Shown here: positions 25,947 through 38,923 of the stretch, one piece after another
Layout: every line of letters begins with the position of its first letter
Position numbering within the stretch: the stretch's first letter is position 1
From: Lama guanicoe
Taxonomy: Eukaryota
Direction of reading: 5' to 3'
DNA: 64,000 nucleotides
Assembly (NCBI GenBank): GCA_013239625.1
Contig: MU053754.1
Location: forward strand, 1,531,966 to 1,595,965
The notes under the pieces: generated by a model
Database searches by the model: none
Seen by the model: the letters and a program-made list of their open reading frames with translations, nothing else
Told to the model about the DNA's origin: nothing
Program-made: the position numbers and the translations under genes

Positions 25947-26250
25947 TCCACGAGGGCAGCCACTGTCCGCATGCAGCTACTGAACCCTTGAAACGTGGCT
26001 AGCCTAAATTGAGGTGTGCTGCAAGCATAAAATACACACAGGATTTCAAGGACTTGGTATGAAAAAAAGAATGAAAACTACCCATTAATAATTTATATAT
26101 TCATTACATGCTAAAATGATAATATTTTTGATGTATTAGATTGGTTACATATATTATTAAAATTAATTTCATCTGTTACTACTTTTTGTAATGGCACTGC
26201 TAGAAAATCAGAAGTATAAATATGGCTGGCTTCTGAGGCTGGTGTTATAT
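25947..26250. mobile_element. MER33-like hAT-Charlie element
   Basis: gcagccact...ttgaaacgtggctag...aattgaggtgtgctgcaagcataaaatacacacaggatttcaaggactt. Confidence 0.8.
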
Positions 26251-27717
26251 TTCTATTAGATGTGTTCTAAATACTCTTTTCCCATTACTATATTGTGACC
26301 CTCTGGGGGAATCTTGGGGCCTCTGTTTCCCCACCGATAGAATGAACTGACTGGGACACATTGCTCCCAGTTTTAAGTCTATGAACTGTAAAAGCTGTGC
26401 ATTCTTCATCCCCTTGTTTGTCTCTTTAAAACAATCATTTGGATATCTTCCTGGAAAGAACACTGAGCTTAGTGTTGGAAAGCTTGGTTTGAGTCCTCTT
26501 TCTTCCACTCCCTGGCCCAGTCACTGGCCACTGATGTTTTAGTGTGTTTCATGTGGGAGAAACCCATATTTGAAATGTTTTAAAGAAAGTCCCGCCTGAA
26601 TGTGAAGCTCTCAATAGATAATGTCGTTGTCTTAAAAGTGAGAGTGTTCCAGACACAGAAAATAGTATGTTGAGGAAAGTATTTTAAATAATGGAGGAAC
26701 ATCTTCCCAGCAGTTTGCAGCTGGCAGCCTGAAGTACAGAAGTACATAAAATGCCTCCCACAAGGGCCCCACATTAGTTTCAATCATTCTGCTGAAGACT
26801 AAGTGAGTAGCACTTAGGCTCCCAGCAGGAAAAGAATCTCAGTAAGAAAACAAATATGTGTCAGGTGCTATTCAGGAACTGGGAATACAGTCGGAAAAAA
26901 AAAAAAATCAGGCATGGCTCCTTCCTCTTGTGGTGCTTATTTTTCTGCAACTCCCGAAGTTCCAGCACTGCACAGATCTGTACAATAGCAATTAGGAACA
27001 AAAGCAGCTAGCACAGTAGAGGTGCAGGTGTTGACGTTTCTATAAACATGACATAAAGTTCCTCTCTGTTAAAGTTCTAACTTTTGAGAGATTACCTGTG
27101 AAATGCCTAAAAATTCTGCAATGAGTTTATCTAAGTTTATCTCCTGTGATACAAGTCAGTGACCATTCAGGGATGCATAAGTATAGGATGAAAAAGAAGA
27201 CAGAACAGGTCAGAAGACAACAGATGCTCCAGGCAATGCTAGAAGCCAAATGAGAGGAGCGTCTGAGAGTGTGCAGCAGAGGGGCACACACATGGCATGG
27301 GGCCATTTTCTGAATTTCCACTTTAGAGTAGTGGGTTTTCAGACCTTGGGCAGCAGTGCGCCCAAGGTCCAAACTTGCAAGTTCAGCCCAGGAACCAGCA
27401 GGTCACATCAGAAACCACTCTATAGCTATAGCTGGATGTTCTTCGTAAATTCATTGTACAGGTATACTTAAACTATTATTAAACCATATGTAATTTATAC
27501 ATTGTCACAATTTGTGTCACTCAAGGAATTGCTATTCTGTGTTTAAACAATCAAGATAAAATAATATACTCAGATATTTTACAGAATCCTAAGCTCGTGG
27601 AGAAGATGTAATCACATGTGTGCTGTGACCTGGTCACTTGAGGGTAGAATGGTTCCCAGGCAGGCTCTTTCCCTGTTTCATGATTCATTCATTCAGTGTA
27701 TGTGTAGTATGTGCCTG

Positions 27718-28165
27718 CATTGTAGATTGAGTTCTGTCCCTCCCAAAATTCTTATGTTGAAATCCCAACCCCCAGGACCTCCAAATGTGACCTTATTTGG
27801 AAACAGGTCTATTTCAGAAGTAATTAGTTAAGTTAGGATGAGGCTATACGGTAGTCAGGGCAGGGGAAGGGGACTAATTCAGCATGACTGGTGTCCTTAT
27901 AAAAAAGGGAAATTTGGACACACAGATGCACACACAGGGAGGATGCCCTGTGAAGACGGGAGTTCTGCTGCCCCAAGCCAAGGAACTGCCAGATACTAGG
28001 AAAGAGGCCTGAAACAGATCCTTCCCTGGTGCCTTCAGAGGGAGCCTGGCCCTGCCAACACCTTGATCTCAGACTTGCAGTCTACAGAACTGCAAGACCA
28101 TAAATTTCTGTTGTTTAAGCCCCACAGTCTTTGACATTTTGTGCAGCAGCTTAGCAAACTAACTA
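27718..28165 (+). mobile_element. MaLR LTR (MLT1A/B-like)
   Basis: gtccctcccaaaattcttatgttgaaatcc...atgtgaccttatttggaaa...gactggtgtccttataaaa...aaatttctgttgtttaagcc. Confidence 0.88.
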
Positions 28166-29329
28166 AGGCAGCTAAGTGCCAGATCCTACTCTGATTGCTG
28201 AACAAGACCTGTTAGGTCTTGCCCCACAGAGTTTAGGTTCTGGAGGGCTAAGACGGAAGTGAGTAAGTGATTTCCGACAGTGATCAGGAACAGCCCTGGC
28301 ACACAGTGCGTTGTGGATTCTTCTTTATGTTACTGATCACAGAACTGTGAGCATGTAAAGACTTAAATCAGACTTAAATAACTATGGCAGTAGAAGGAAT
28401 TCCATTCCAGAAATAAATGGCCAATTGACATTCTGAATCTCCCATTATAGAACCTTGTACTTGCAAGTCAATCTTAACTTCCATTTTTCTCCCTCAGTGC
28501 ACACTGTCACTCTTCAGTATGGTGCCTTTTAATCAGCAAAATTTCTACTATATTCCTTCTGTGTAATATAGAGTTATGTCTTTATGGTACAAGTCTATAA
28601 ATCCTCACCTAACATAGCCAAGTTACCTAGTCAGGTTTAGCAAAATGATTATTTTCATTGAATACAAGGGGGCTTTTTTTTTTTTAACTGGTAACAGAGG
28701 AGTAGAGGATCATATGAGTGAAAGATAAAAGTATAAAGTTGAGATGATTTAAGGGCCATTGTGCTGGCAGCCTCCATGGAAATGTACTCAGGTGTGTGTT
28801 GTATAGATTAATGAATGGACAAAAGAATATTGGCATAAAGGTAGAGACATGAACTTCCTAGATGGACATGTTCATGGAGCTTTTCATGGGTTAATCTGAA
28901 CACATAACTTTAAATGTGTAGTATGTGTCAGAAAAAGAAAATCGATAAGGCATTGATAACAGATTTTTCCATTGCCTCAAATAATTCCTTACCAAAAAAA
29001 AGTTTTATGTGAATATATTGATGAATAGATAGACACCAGATGGCTGACTGGCTGGCTGTAGATAATTGTATCCTAGGAAATAAGATGGAGATACCTTCTG
29101 GATTCCTAGTCACTTTTTCAAGCTGTTCTTCTCAAGTCCTAAAGTGCCTCTTCTCCCTGGTAGGATCTTTGCCATTTTATCAGGATAAGTCTTCATTATG
29201 CAAAGCTGTCCCAGCACTGCAGGTGTTTGGCATCCCTGGACCCTTTCCATTGAACCTACCAAACCTCAGTCATTGGGATGAGGAAACCCCTCCCTGCACA
29301 CCTGCACACTTCTGAGTGCCTATCTTGAT

Positions 29330-29598
29330 CAGAGGTTGCCACCCAGCCAGCCAAACCAAATCCCACGAACAGATTTTTTCGATCTGCCCAGTTCTGTTCC
29401 TCTCAATATCTCAGGGAAACCTGGATTAGATGACAACATGTAAAAATTTATTGTTTTCTCATCAACCATCCAAATGCCTGGCCCTCTTGAAAAATCAGAA
29501 TATCTGGTAACAGGCTGTGGCCACTGCCTGAGGGCCTCCAGGTCTCCTCCATTACATCTGGCTTGCTTCCCTCTTTAAGGCATTTGTGTGACCTCTGT
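29330..29598. mobile_element. MER102-like hAT-Charlie fossil
   Basis: cagaggttgc...cttgaaaaatcagaatatctggtaaca...gtgacctctg. Confidence 0.5.
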
Positions 29599-29663
29599 GG
29601 CATCTAGTTTAAAACCTAATTCCCAGATTCTGCCTTTATTCCTCCCTACACCAAAAGCTTCTC

Positions 29664-30505
29664 TTTTTTTTGTTTTCGAAGTATAGTTGATTTACAATAT
29701 TGTGTTTCAGGTGTACATTACAGTGATTCAGTATTTTTGCAGGTTATACTCCGTTATAGGTTATTACACGTTAATGGGTATAATTCCCTGTGCTACACAG
29801 TATATCCTTGTTGCTTGGCTATTTTATATATATAGTAGTTTGTATCTTTAATCCCATACACTTAATTTGTCCCTCCCTCCTTCCCTCTCCCATTAGGTAA
29901 CCACAAGTTTGTTTTCTATGTCTGTTTGTCAGTTTCTGTTTTCTATATACATTTGTGTTATTTTTTAAATTCCACATAAGTGCTATCATACAGTATTTGT
30001 CGTTCTCTGCCTGAGTTATTTCACTTAGCATAGTATTTTCTAGTTCCATCCATGTTGCTGCAAATGGCAGTATTTCATTCTTTTCATGGCTGAGTAATAT
30101 TCCATTGTGTATGTATACCACGTCTTCTTAATCCAGTCATCTGTTGATGAGCACTTGGGTTGCTTCCGTGTCTTGGCTGTTATAAATAATGCTGCTGTGA
30201 ACATTGGGGTGCATGTATCTTTTCAAATTAGTGTTTTCACTTTTTCTGGATCTATACTCGGGATTGGAATTGTTGGCTCATATGGTAGTTCTATTTTTGT
30301 TTTCTAAGGAACCTCTATATTGTTTTCTGTGGTGGCTGCACCAGTTGACATTCCCACCAACAATGTATGAGGGTTCCTTTTCTCCACATCCTCTCCAGCG
30401 TTTGCTATTTGTAGACTTTTTGATAATAGCCATTCTGACAGGTGAGAGGTGATATCTCATGGTGGATTTGATTTCCATTTTTCTAATAATTAGAGGTATT
30501 AAGCA
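29664..30505 (-). mobile_element. 5'-truncated LINE-1, antisense
   Basis: T-run at 29664. Minus-strand ORFs give ORF2p motifs (MRYHLSPVRMAIIKKS..RWRGCGEKE; ILPFAATWMELE). The 13-bp repeat CCAGATTCTGCCT occurs at 29623-29635 and 30506-30518. Confidence 0.95.
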
Positions 30506-31139
30506 CCAGATTCTGCCTGTAGAGCTGCAGTTGACCAAGGATGACTGTCCCCAGAGATTCCATGGACTGCTCTGGGACGAAGCCTGAGCAAGTGGACTTT
30601 GTAAAGCTCCCTGGATGATTGAAAAGTGATCCAAGGCAGAGAGCCCTGCTCTGAAGCCTTGTTACTCAAAGTGTGCTCCATGGATCCGGTTGCTCAGAGC
30701 ATCAGCATCACCCAGGGGCCTGTTGGAAATGCAGAGCCACAGGTCCCACCCCTGGTCAGAATTTACTTTGTAATGAGATGCCCAGGTGATCTGTAAGCAT
30801 CTTTATAAACACTAAACCCTTTCTCCTCTGTTTGGTAAAATGATTATTCCAATGCCTTCAAATACTGCCTCTACATAGGTGATTCCTGGATTAATCTTGC
30901 CTGATACTTTATAGCTCCATGTTTATGCTATCATGATACAAAACTGCTGTGGCTTTCTGTGAGGCTTCCTGCTGGTTCTGACTTTGGAATCTATGCTTAT
31001 AATTTGGAGTCTGCAGATTTTCTCTGACTCCCAGATTCACCGAAAACGTCACTTGCAGGCTGCTGTTGTTTTTCTTGTAGCTTTGTTTTCTAGGAGGTGG
31101 TTCAGAACTAAGCAGCTACCATGTGCCTATCAGAAGCAG

Positions 31140-31815
31140 AAATCATTTTCTTGGACTTAAAAAAATATGATTTATTTCTTCTGGTTTTTGTTTTTTCTCT
31201 TTCTGAAACTCCTGTTATTTAGATATTGGACCTTCTGGAATGGTCCTCTAATTTTTTATCCTTTTTCTTCTTATCCATCTCCTTGTCTTTTTGCTCTACT
31301 TTCTGATAGATTTCTTTAATTTCACTTTCAGTCATTAGCTCTTTCTGCACCTACCCATATCCCCTTGGCACATACATTTTCATGTCTGCCAGGCTGTCCT
31401 CGAATTGCTGACACCCACTGCTCTGGGCTTGGGAATTTTCTGTAGTGACCAATTATACTATGCTCTTGTGAGCAGCAGACTTTAAATGCTGAGGAATTTT
31501 TCTGCTTGTGAGCAGCCCTCAACTAATAATAAGCTTTATTCATTCAGCATATTTCCTTGGAGATTCATGCAGGTTGTTTTTATCATTAGCCTGTTCCTTT
31601 TTGTTGCCTTGTAGTATTCCATAGTATGGATGTACCACAGTTGGTTTAACCATTCACCTATTGAAGAACACTGGGAGTTGTTTCCAGTTTGGGGCTATTA
31701 CAGATAAAGTTGCTATGAGCATTCTTATTGACTCTTTGTATGAACATAAATTTCATTTCTCTGAGACAAGCCTAAGAGGTTAGTTGCTGGATCATACAGC
31801 ATATGCATGTTTCTC
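31140..31815 (-). mobile_element. Ancient L1M fragments, antisense
   Basis: gtagtattccatagtatggatgtaccacag...aaccattcacctattgaa...tttccagtttggggctatta. Confidence 0.7.
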
Positions 31816-32271
31816 AGTGTCAGTTTTTTGATGTATCATCAGTGCTGACTTACAGCAGTTTGGACTTTACTTAATAGTAATGGAAAGTGTTCACAAACTC
31901 TTGGGCAGATAGGATCCAATCAAAGTATTTCTGTGTAATAATAATCTCATGCAATGTGGAAACTAAATTGGACATGAAGAGTCTGAGTCACCACTATAAT
32001 CATCAGTAGAAGGATGAAGGGCATGAACCAGAAGACAGTCAATGAGAGTGGACAGGAGAAACAGATCCAAGGGACAAAATTCTTTTGAATCTTCTAGAAT
32101 TAATTCCACAGCTGGAAAAGGGTATCCTTGTAAAATATGACCCATGGACTTCTTCAGCCATGAGGAGGTATTTGAGGAGAAATATAAACAGAGTAAAGCA
32201 GAAAAGAAACTAGTTGTGCTTAAATTTCTTTTAATTAATGTGTCCATATAACATTAAAAACAATTCCTATA

Positions 32272-33098
32272 GAAAAAGGAATCCTCCTACACTGTTGGTG
32301 GGAATGTAAATTGGTGCAACCACTATGTAGAAGAGTTTGGAGGTTCCTTAAAAAGTTAAAAATAGAATTACTGTATACTCCTGGGCATATATCCGGAGAA
32401 AACTCTAATTCGAAAAGATACATGCACCCCAGTGTTCACAGCAATACTATTTACAATAGCCAAGACATGGAAGCAGCCTAAGTGTCCATTGACAGATGAC
32501 TGAATAAAGATGTGGTACACACACACACACACACACATACATACATACATACATATACATACATATACACACAGACACAATGGGGTACTATTCAACCATT
32601 GAAAAAATAAAATAATGCCACTTGCAACAACATAGATGCACCTAGAGATTATCAAACTAAGTGAAGTAAGCCAAACAGAGAAAGACAAATATTATGTGAT
32701 ATCACTTACATGTGGAATCTAAAAAGCAATGATACAAATGAACTTATTTACGAAAGAGAACTAGGCTGACATAGAAAACAAATTTATCAAAAGGGAAAGG
32801 GGGGATAAATAAGGAATTTGGGATTAACAGATATAGATTACTATATATAAAGTAGATAACCAACAAGGACCTACTGTATAGCACAGGGAACTATACTCAA
32901 TATCTTGTAATAACCTGTAATAGAAGAGAATCTGAAAAAAAAGATATGTGTGTGTGTATGTGTGAATCACTTTTCTGTACGCCTGGAACTAACACATCAT
33001 TGTAAATCAACTACACTTCAATTTAAAAAAATATTCCTAGGAACTAACACATCATTTTAAATCAAGTACACTTCAATTAAAAAAAAACACACACACAC
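32272..33098 (+). mobile_element. 5'-truncated LINE-1 with internal microsatellite and duplicated 3' end
   Basis: L1 ORF2 end plus 3' UTR. TSD ACAATTCCTATA at 32260-32271 and 33099-33110. (CA)n/(TACA)n at ~32516-32578. Confidence 0.93.
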
Positions 33099-34713
33099 AC
33101 AATTCCTATAAACAAAACTCTGGCTTAAATAATAGCTGAGAGAAAAGTCTCTACCTCATTTTTTTCTTGTCTGCAGCCTCTGTGTACTACTTTTGTAAAA
33201 TAAAACATGATGTGCTTCTGTGGGTAAATTACGATTTTCCCCTAATATATTCTAATTCAAACTATTTTCAGAGAGCCTGATCTGAAAATTACTCCCATAT
33301 CTATAAAAAGCACATGTATTTTGAGAAATAAAAGATGAGAAACAAGAAGAAAAAGATACTTTAAAAAAATGCTGCAGCCTGTCTGGTTACAACTTGAGCC
33401 AAGAAGTTGATGTCCTGAGAAAATAATTCTCTGTAACAGTTTTAGAAAAGGAAGAGCCCAGATAAAAATAACCCTCTAGCAAATGGCGCCTGGACAAGAA
33501 TCCCCCACAAAAATCTAATTAAAAATATATATTATCTCGCTTGTACATGCTATTTTGAGTATCTTGAAAGCAAATTATTATTAAACCTTTTCAAAGAATC
33601 GTTTCATCTTTATCATAGCTCCCTATCTCTTTATGTTTTCTTATTACAGAGGTAAAGTTAGGGGTGGGGGAGTGGGGATTTTTTTTGTTTCTGGTAGAGT
33701 TGTTTTTCTTGACAAATTCTTAGAGGTAGAGAGCAAACCCACCATTCCATTTTTCAAATTTGGCTGCTCAGGAAAGCTAGTTTCAATAAAGAAGAACAAC
33801 AAAGCCAAACAAGTAAGGAAACAGAAAATCTGCAAATACATATTTGCACTTAGTTTTGATGAGCTGGAGGGTGAGCACCATTGTTGATCTTTGGTCATAT
33901 AAAACAACCAGGAGCCACCCCAGTCAAAGAAACTGTGGACTATCAAATCTGGGTATTGCTTTTTCTATATTAATCTTTTTCTCCAGTCGCCTCTTTCTCC
34001 AGCCTGTGCCTGTGTTCTACAATGCAGGGAACATAGGGTTCCTGTTCCAAGGCTGTCTTTAATAAGGCGTTAAGCCATGCTTCATGTTGTAGAGCCACGC
34101 CCGGGACTCTAAAGCTGCTCCCTCCAGGAGTGTATCAGATGCATCTTACATCCTCCAGTGCAGGCAGTTGGGGTTTTCTACCATGTATACAGACATTGAC
34201 ATGCTCCTTCGGAGGCTGCCAGTGGTGGAGAGGTTTTACGGAACCAGACACATATCCGCATCCTTTAGCTTGCAGCTCCCGAATTTTGCAGATTCTCTTC
34301 CATGTGAACATGTTCATTTTTAAATCATAACAGATACATATTTTCTGTATTTAATGACCTGTTTACTTGAATTACCACTCACTATAAGGTGTTAAAGTCC
34401 TCAAGTATGCATAACTTCTAGCCAGGCAAGGAGGGGGGAGGCAAAATTCCAAGCTTAATGATTGCATACATAACAGCTTTTAAATCTTTTTTTCCATTAA
34501 AGAAGGAAGTGTCTTTAAAACCATCTTTGGTTCAAAAGCATATCACATTCATGGTTCCCAAACTTGCTGTGTTTGAACTTATTCTTTTAAATGTTAAGTT
34601 TTTCTTCTCTGTGTGTTTAACTAGATCATGTCCAGTAGTTTATGGGAAGATTGGTATTTTGCCAAGCACATTCTCAGATGCTGATAAAAACAGGTGATGG
34701 AAACATATGCTCC

Positions 34714-35212
34714 ATGGTAGCCAGCCTCCAAGATGGCCCCCAGTAGTGCTCACCAAGTGAATTCATGCCCGTACATAGTCCACTCCCACAATGAACCAGA
34801 ACTGGCCCTGCATGACCAGTAGAATACAGCACAAGTGATAGTGTGTGATTTCCAAGGCTAAGCCGTGAAAGGCGTTGAAGGTCTTATATTGGTCTTTTGG
34901 ATCAGCCACTCTGGGAAATGCCATCCACCATGCTGTGAGGACACGTAAGCAGCCTGTGGAGAGGTCACATAGAGAGGGACTGATGTGCCAGCCGAGTGAG
35001 GGAGCTACCTTGGAAGCAGATCCCCAGCCCCAGTCAAGCCTTCAGATAATTGCAGCCCTGATCAGAATCTCAGTGCAACCTTAAAGCCGCAGTTACCCAA
35101 CTGAGTCACTCTCAGATTCCTGATACGTATAAACCTGGAGAGTTAAGAAATTTTTACCATTCTTTTAAGCCACTGTATTTCGGGGCTCATCTACACAACC
35201 ATCATAATTGGA
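34714..35212 (+). mobile_element. MaLR LTR (MLT1F-like)
   Basis: tggtagccagcctccaagatggccccca...ttggaagcagatccccagccccagtcaagccttcagat. Confidence 0.85.
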
Positions 35213-36359
35213 ACACACACGTATATAAACATACCAAGCACTGATAACCCCAAAAAGGATTCCGTTCCAATAGAAAAAAAACTTTTTCCACAGTGTCAGC
35301 CCTTCCAGTAGATTTTTCAGTAGACCAGATAAAATAATTTTTTAACTGATAAGTCTTTAATGTATCAAAAATCAAACATGGATACTTTGCACATCAATTA
35401 AATTTTTTCTTTTTGGAACTACTGTACCTCTTACTACAAAGTTCCTTTTCCTGATTATATTCTGATAAAAAGAGCAAAGATGGTCTTTATGCCTTGCTAG
35501 AATTTTCCATAACTGTCTAGTTATGGTTGCCAGCAATCCACATGAGTTTTGAAATAACGTGGTATATAATTTAATTGACAAAAAATGTTAAATCGAGACT
35601 TTGTAGAGCATGATTTTTTTTTCCATAAAAGAAAGCTTAATAACTTAATTGAGTTCAGGGAAGATATTGAAATAAAATTTTAAATGGCCTATCAAATATT
35701 TGCATTGAAGAAGGATTAAACTCATGTTTTTCCTCTATTCTGTGCATGTAACAGACTGAATATTTAAAAAGCTGTGTTATGAATAAAACCATACTGGATA
35801 TGCCAAGCCCTCTGAATTTTTGAGAAACAAATTATTTATCTGTATATGAAGAGAGTCCTGTGAACCAGACTTGCTGTATGTTGCGACATATTTCCAACCT
35901 ACGTCTCTTTTAGCCAAATGTATCAAATTATATTCATGGAACCAAATATATGAGAGCTCACAGATAAGTGGAATAATTCAGTTCATGTAATTATATGAGC
36001 AAATCCAATATTCAGAAGGCCTCCAAAGAGAACACAGCCTGTCATGAGCAATAAAATTTAGAACAAAAATTAAGAAGGTTCTCCCACTGTAGCAGGGAGT
36101 TTCCCAAGCACAGAAAACTGCCTTCTGTATTCTGGGTAATTACCCAAAATATAAAATGTCTATTTAATAGTCCTTTATTCAGCCAGACATTTTTCTACCC
36201 ACAGACACCACCTCCTCATCCCAAAGTCCAGTTTCTAATTGCACAAGGAAATATCCTGTAAAAAATAGAGGGAGAAAATTTAATTAGTGTTTCTGGATTT
36301 TATTTTTTATCCTTTGTATCAAAGGAAAAGTAATGGCACGAATTGCCTTTTTTTTTTTT

Positions 36360-36582
36360 CAGTGAGCACTTTCTATGAGCAGAGAACTGATCTAAGCATT
36401 TGGCTAGTTTTAGTCATTTAATCCCCAATAACCAGTGTGGGTTATCCCCTTTCTCAGTGAGGAAACTGAGGCTCAGAGAGAGTAAGAAATTCTGCCTAGC
36501 CCATATAATTTGTCCAAGGAAGGACAAGGATTTGAACCTGTGAAGGCTGACACCATAGCCCACACCCTTAACTGCTACTGTG
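36360..36582. mobile_element. MIR SINE
   Basis: catttaatcccca...gaggaaactgaggctcagagag...ggatttgaacc (MIR core). Confidence 0.8.
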
Positions 36583-38536
36583 TATCCCTGCTCATTTTAA
36601 TCACTCAGTTCAGTCACCAAAGCCATTTGTTCCCAGTGGCTTTAAGACAAGCTATTTTATCATCTATCCCATGGGTCATAACAGAGTAGAATTCTCAATA
36701 AACCTGGGAATCCCATGTACAGGGGTTTTATACCTCGTACAGAGTCCTCAGATATTCAGAAACCTTACAAAGGTGGCAGTGGCACTGCTGATTAGTGTAT
36801 AAAGCAATACATCAAAATGGGTTTTTTCCTGACTTACAAGACTATAATTGAAAACCCACATACTTGCTTATTCAACTACAGAGAAGATTCTAAAACCAGA
36901 GTGCTTTTTAAGGAAATGTTCGTAGCCAAGGGTTAGGATTTATGGATTGGTGTCAGATTAGGCAAGCAGCATCAAGACAGAGTTAACTGTTCTAGTCCCA
37001 TATGTCCCAGCACTATGATAAACATTGTACATGTTCTCCATAAGTTTTCAGATGGGAGGCACGTAGTGGACAATTCAAAGTCAGAATCAATTTCTGAAAC
37101 ATAAATTAATCTATGGAAATTGGTAGCAAATATGTAACTAGGGGAAACTTAGCCCTCTGTACATTGGAAAGTGAGCTCACCTTGCTAGTGGCAGGCTGTC
37201 TGCTGGAAACCCACGTAAGTGTAGAAGGGTAGACAGGAAGTTCAATTCTTTTTGTGTTGGGGACTCAGCAATCCATTACTAGGAAGATTTATTAAAAAAC
37301 TCGCCATACAGAAAAAAATTAGAATGGATGTAATAAGGAGTTTAGGTAAGTGATTGCTGAGGATTTGTCAAATTATTAAAATGTTGCATTGATCAAGGTG
37401 CCTGAGTGAGATCCAAACACCCAAGTGTGAAACAGGTGAATTCTGTAACTGCTTGCCGGAGTAAAGCACCTTAGGAGAATAATGATGATAATGGTGGTAA
37501 TTTTAATTAAAAATACCATCTTGGGTTTATGTGCATTCCTTGAAAAAAAATTACTTCCTGGGAAATCATCACTAGATAATATTTAACTATTATATAGCAC
37601 TACCATAGTTTATTGACCTTTCTGGGTGTGTTGGGTTTTTTTTTTCCCTAAACTATCCATCCAGTATCCAAAAATTTAATTTAAAATCTTTTTTTCTTAA
37701 ATGTTTTAGCAGAGTCTCTAAACAGCATTAATGTAGTTATCTCATTTTTGAAATGACGAATCTGAAGGTTACACAAGTTGACTGAATTACCCAAGGTCCT
37801 ACCCTTTATCCTATCTTTGTTCATTCGTTCAGCAAATGCAGCGTAACCTAGCAATCATGCTGAGCAGTGGTGATGCTGACCTTGGACACCCTGCTTTGCT
37901 GTTAGTTGATGGCAAAGCCAATGTTAAACCGAGATCTTCTGACTTCTAGTCAAAGATGTACACGAGAAACATCAAGGTACCTGTGTCCACCCGAGTGGCT
38001 CAACAGTCTGTCAACAGAGATGGTCTTAATACATAACAGCAGTGTCTACAGCCAAATCTCCACCCACAGAGCTGTCATTACAGACTCCTACAGGAATCTG
38101 ATGAGTATGGGGAAGTCCAGTAACTCAGAAACATTTAGCATTGAGTTCTGGAAAAATAGAAAGCTATGTGTCATTTTCTTCAAACTAATAGCATGTGGCA
38201 TAGAAGAGTCCATTATTAAGACGTGCTCCATAAAGATTGCTTGAATGAGCCAAGAAAGTTGTGTTAGAGGGTTTCTATTGCAGTTGTGTGTCATTCCTCC
38301 GGCACTTTTCTCATCCTTTTTGACACTGATCTTTGGGAAGAAAGGGGAGAAGGGAGGGATAGTAGGCAAAAAGGAAGGGTAAAAATAGCCAATATTTGGA
38401 GAGAGCTACAGCCATCCACAAACAGGCAAGTAAGCACTCTTGCTGAAATACAGCCGCATTGGTGGAATTAGGGATATCAGCAGATCAGAAGTCCAAGGCT
38501 AAAAGAAGAGGAAGCCCACACCAAAGCCCTGATCAG

Positions 38537-38923
38537 AGATGTTGCTGACCTTCGCATGTTAAGGCTTACCAACTCACAAGGCTAGATCAACACAGACACG
38601 CAGATAGCAGATACTAAAGAAAACAACTGGTGTGCTCACCCTGCTTATTCCGGCTGGGATTCTGAGCATCACCACTCACCGGCCTCTGTACTAAAGACAA
38701 GTAGGAAGACACCAGAAGAAAGGAGGCTAAAGATAGATAGCCCTCATCACAGCAGTCCAGTTGAATGTGTGTAATGCTGATACATTAATATTTGCTCTTC
38801 ATTCACCAAAGTCATCCCTTAACTGGTCGACAGTTGTTTCTTTAGTATCCCTTTTCTGTGTGCCTGTGTTGGTTTAACGCTTCTAGTTTGTAAGCCCCTA
38901 ATGTGCAGAGATCAGCAACATCT
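38537..38923. repeat. Long imperfect inverted repeat (93-bp arms, 201-bp spacer)
   Basis: 38537-38629 aligns to the reverse complement of 38831-38923; hand alignment gives about 74 of 95 columns identical. Confidence 0.85.

Noticed and set aside
10265..32300. Two L1 copies (10265 and 32272) 5'-truncated within ~20 bp of the same ORF2 position
   Set aside because: Two events are too few to infer a truncation hotspot, and short L1 insertions of this size are common.
33476..33490. CTCF-like motif CTAGCAAATGGCGCC
   Set aside because: It deviates from the core consensus at informative positions and cannot be supported without a matrix scan or ChIP data.
33633..34330. Possible membrane-protein exon or 3' UTR (YLQIFCFLTCLALLFFFIE)
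   Set aside because: The hydrophobic run comes from a T-rich minus strand; no convincing splice context or recognisable homologue.
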